Shown here piece after piece: positions 35,849-38,564 of a stretch of 38,564 nucleotides of DNA. The DNA is from a bacterium (GTDB lineage Bacteria > Eisenbacteria > RBG-16-71-46), in the NCBI GenBank assembly GCA_043779265.1, contig JAYWEM010000106.1, positions 1 through 38,564 on the forward strand. The letters run 5' to 3'. The translations under genes were made by a program, and so were the position numbers. The first letter of the stretch is position 1, and every line of letters starts with the position of its first letter. The notes beneath the pieces are model-generated. The model was not told the DNA's origin. It was given only the letters and a program-made list of their open reading frames with translations, and did no database searches.

Positions 35849-37045
35849 ATGAACATCCGCAACGTGCTCGAGAAGATGATCGCCGCGCGTGGCAGCGACC
35901 TGCATCTGAAGGCGGGAACGCCGCCGGTCGTTCGCGTCGATGGTGTGCTCTACACGCTTGATGAGCCCGCGCCGACGTCGCAGGAACTGCGCGAGGTCTC
36001 GAATCAGCTCCTCAACGAGGAGCAGCGACAGTTCTTCTCGTCGCACCATGAGATCGACTTCGCGTTCGGCGTCTCGGGCCTTGCCCGATTCCGCGCCAAC
36101 GTGTTCATGCAACGAGGCACGCCCGCGTTCGCGCTGCGGCACGTGCCCGTCGAGGTCCCGACGCTCGATGATCTCGGGCTGCCGCCCTGCGTCCGTGAGT
36201 TGGCGTTCTCACCGCGCGGACTGATCCTCGTGACGGGCCGCACCGGCTCGGGCAAGTCGACGACGCTGGCGGCGATGGTGGACACCATCAATCGCACGAC
36301 GACGCGCAACGTGATCACGATCGAGGACCCGATCGAGTTCCTGCATCGTGACCGACTGTCGTTCATCCACCAGCGCGAGGTCGGACTCGACACCGAGTCC
36401 TTCCACGCGGGACTGCGCTACGTCCTGCGCCAGGATCCGGACATCATCCTGGTCGGCGAGATCCGTAATCTCGAGACGATGAGCACCGCTTTGATGGCGG
36501 CGGACACGGGACACCTCGTGATGTCGACGCTCCACACGACCGACGTCGTTCAGAGCATCCAGCGCATCATCTCGTTCTACCCTCCGCACCAGCACGACGA
36601 GATCCGCATGTCGCTGGCCGCCAATCTGCGCGCCGTGGTCTCGCAGCGCCTGATCCCGAGGCGCGATGGTGCCGGCCGAGTCCCGTCGGTCGAGGTCATG
36701 GTCAGCACCCCCACCGTGCGCGAGTACATCCTGGATCAGGATAAGATCCCCCTGCTCCACACGCTCATCTCCGAGGGCGTGACGCAGTACGGCATGCAGA
36801 CCTTCGACCAATCGGTGCTGGCCCTGCTTCGCGAGGGGCTGATCACCGAGGAGGAGGCCCTGCGCAACTGCAATAATCCGAACGAGCTCAGCCTCAAGCT
36901 CAAGGGCATCTCGGCCACATCCGATCGCACGTGGCAGGCTGTGGAGTCCCCCTCGTCGGACGAGCCGCAGTCGGCTCCGGCGACCAGGGGTGGCCCCGGC
37001 GGCGGCCGCGGCGAAGCACGGCCGGACTGGATGTCCAAGGAGTGA
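35849..37045 (+). CDS. pilT: PilT/PilU-family type IV pilus retraction ATPase
   Basis: [74 protein letters not shown]. Confidence 0.92.
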   Translation: MNIRNVLEKMIAARGSDLHLKAGTPPVVRVDGVLYTLDEPAPTSQELREVSNQLLNEEQRQFFSSHHEIDFAFGVSGLARFRANVFMQRGTPAFALRHVPVEVPTLDDLGLPPCVRELAFSPRGLILVTGRTGSGKSTTLAAMVDTINRTTTRNVITIEDPIEFLHRDRLSFIHQREVGLDTESFHAGLRYVLRQDPDIILVGEIRNLETMSTALMAADTGHLVMSTLHTTDVVQSIQRIISFYPPHQHDEIRMSLAANLRAVVSQRLIPRRDGAGRVPSVEVMVSTPTVREYILDQDKIPLLHTLISEGVTQYGMQTFDQSVLALLREGLITEEEALRNCNNPNELSLKLKGISATSDRTWQAVESPSSDEPQSAPATRGGPGGGRGEARPDWMSKE

Positions 37046-37108
37046 GGGACGCGTCGGCGAATGCCGGCACACCCAGCTGAGCGGAACCCGAAGGCACCCC
37101 TGCCGCCT

Positions 37109-38473
37109 ATGTTCCGCAAAGTCCTGATCGCCAATCGCGGCGAGATCGCGCTGCGCGTCATCCGTGCCTGCCGGGAACTCGACATCGCAACCGTCGCCGT
37201 GTTCAGCGAGGCGGATCGCGAGAGTCTGCACGTGCGTCTGGCCGACGAGTCCGTCTGCATCGGCCCTCCCGCGCCCGCCCAGTCGTACAACTACATCGCC
37301 CGCCTGATCTCGGCGGCTGAGGTCACGGGCGCCGACGCCATCCATCCCGGCTACGGCTTCCTCTCCGAGAACGCCCACTTCGTCGAAGTGTGCGAATCCT
37401 GCGGCTTCACGTTCATCGGCCCGACCCCCGAGATGATCCGCCGCATGGGCGATAAGTCCGAGGCCAAGCGCACCATGAAGGCGGCGGGTATCCCGCTCGT
37501 GCCCGGCAGCGAAGGCGAGATCTCCACTGTCGACGAGGCGGTTTCGATCGCCCGGGACATCGACTTCCCGGTCATCGTCAAAGCCTCTGCCGGGGGCGGT
37601 GGTCGCGGTATGCGCATCGCCTGGGATGAGCGCCAGCTGCGAGTCGGCTTCGGCATTGCGAAGGCCGAGGCGGGCGCTGCGTTCAACAACGACGCCGTCT
37701 ATCTCGAGAAGTACATCGTGAAGCCGCGCCATATCGAGTTCCAGCTGTTCGGCGACGGGCAGGGCAACGTCGTGCATCTCGGCGAGCGCGAATGCTCGGT
37801 CCAGCGCAATCACCAGAAGTTGATCGAGGAGGCGCTCAGTTCCTGTCTGAGCCCCGAGCAGCGAGCCGAGATGGGCGGCATCGCCGCGCGCGGTGCGGCG
37901 GCGATCGGCTATCGCAATGCGGGCACCATGGAGTTCCTCTACGACCAGGATGGCCGCTTCTATTTCATGGAGATGAACACGCGCATCCAGGTGGAGCACC
38001 CGGTCACCGAGGAGGTCACCGGTATCGATCTGGTGAAAGAGCAGATCCGCGTCGCGGCCGGCGAGCCGATGAGCTTCAAGCAGGAGGACATCAAGTTCAG
38101 CGGCCATGCGATCGAGTGCCGGATCAACGCTGAGGACTTCGAGCACGGATTCCGCCCGAGTCCCGGACAGGTGACCTACTGGTACAAGCCGGGTGGTCCC
38201 GGTATCCGAGTCGATAGCCATGTCTACGCCGGCTATCGCATCCCGCCCTTCTACGACTCGATGATCGGCAAGCTGATCGCGGTCGGGAAGAATCGCCAGG
38301 AGGCGCTGCGACGCATGGAGATCGCGCTCGAGGAGATGATCGTGGAGGGCATCAAGACCACGATCCCGTTCCACCTCCTCGCGCTCGCCCATCCTCGCTT
38401 CCGCGCCGGCGACATCGACACGCGATTCGTCGAGGATCTGTTCAAGGAGCGCGCGGCCGCAGCGACCCCATGA
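37109..38473 (+). CDS. accC: Biotin carboxylase subunit of acetyl-CoA carboxylase
   Basis: [63 protein letters not shown]. Confidence 0.97.
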   Translation: MFRKVLIANRGEIALRVIRACRELDIATVAVFSEADRESLHVRLADESVCIGPPAPAQSYNYIARLISAAEVTGADAIHPGYGFLSENAHFVEVCESCGFTFIGPTPEMIRRMGDKSEAKRTMKAAGIPLVPGSEGEISTVDEAVSIARDIDFPVIVKASAGGGGRGMRIAWDERQLRVGFGIAKAEAGAAFNNDAVYLEKYIVKPRHIEFQLFGDGQGNVVHLGERECSVQRNHQKLIEEALSSCLSPEQRAEMGGIAARGAAAIGYRNAGTMEFLYDQDGRFYFMEMNTRIQVEHPVTEEVTGIDLVKEQIRVAAGEPMSFKQEDIKFSGHAIECRINAEDFEHGFRPSPGQVTYWYKPGGPGIRVDSHVYAGYRIPPFYDSMIGKLIAVGKNRQEALRRMEIALEEMIVEGIKTTIPFHLLALAHPRFRAGDIDTRFVEDLFKERAAAATP

Positions 38474-38564
38474 CCGCGGGTTCGCTGCGCGTCTCGCTCG
38501 TGCCGCCGCGCGGTACGATCCCCGCGCGGCCACAGACGACCGCGGTGGTCATCGATGTCCTGCG
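38470..38564 (+). CDS. 3'-truncated 2-phosphosulfolactate phosphatase (ComB)-family protein
   Basis: ATGA overlap with the accC stop. Translates [31 protein letters not shown](R); AVVIDVLR is the ComB N-terminal signature. Confidence 0.65.
   Translation, partial: MTAGSLRVSLVPPRGTIPARPQTTAVVIDVL

Noticed and set aside
36209..38533. 774-aa minus-strand ORF opposite pilT/accC
   Set aside because: Antisense shadow of genes with strong GC3 bias; no recognisable motifs.

Overview
High-GC bacterial chromosome segment from a diderm; the C-terminal FlgD-Ig and WGxxK motifs tentatively suggest an Eisenbacteria/Latescibacteria-like FCB relative. The first ~16.6 kb is a mixed accessory region: secreted proteins, a hybrid histidine kinase, a Cys-less redoxin, a URO-D-family enzyme, a TonB-C lipoprotein, a GNAT, the split ADP-heptose genes hldA/hldC, a convergent TIGR02999-type ECF sigma / Ser-Thr kinase pair and an aldehyde dehydrogenase. 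A core block follows (sucC-sucD-ndk-yceD-rpmF-plsX-fabH-fabD-fabG-acpP-fabF-rnc), then a sigma54 activator, a TPR protein, an ECF sigma/anti-sigma/HtrA-like triad, aroB-aroQ-accB-pilT-accC and the start of a comB-like gene. The most notable observations are: (1) an unannotated ~180-nt structured minus-strand RNA with a -24/-12 sigma54 promoter, upstream palindromes and its own terminal hairpin, directly downstream of the NtrC-family activator; (2) an RNase III with RNase E-like appendages (amphipathic helix, RRRGGRGR motifs, ~225-aa charged disordered tail); (3) SucD with a 73-aa histone-H1-like tail; (4) an HtrA lacking two of three catalytic residues; (5) an orphan U-tract terminator and structured leader upstream of the aldehyde dehydrogenase. 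No tRNA, rRNA, CRISPR array or mobile element was recognised. All calls were made by eye; no searches were run.
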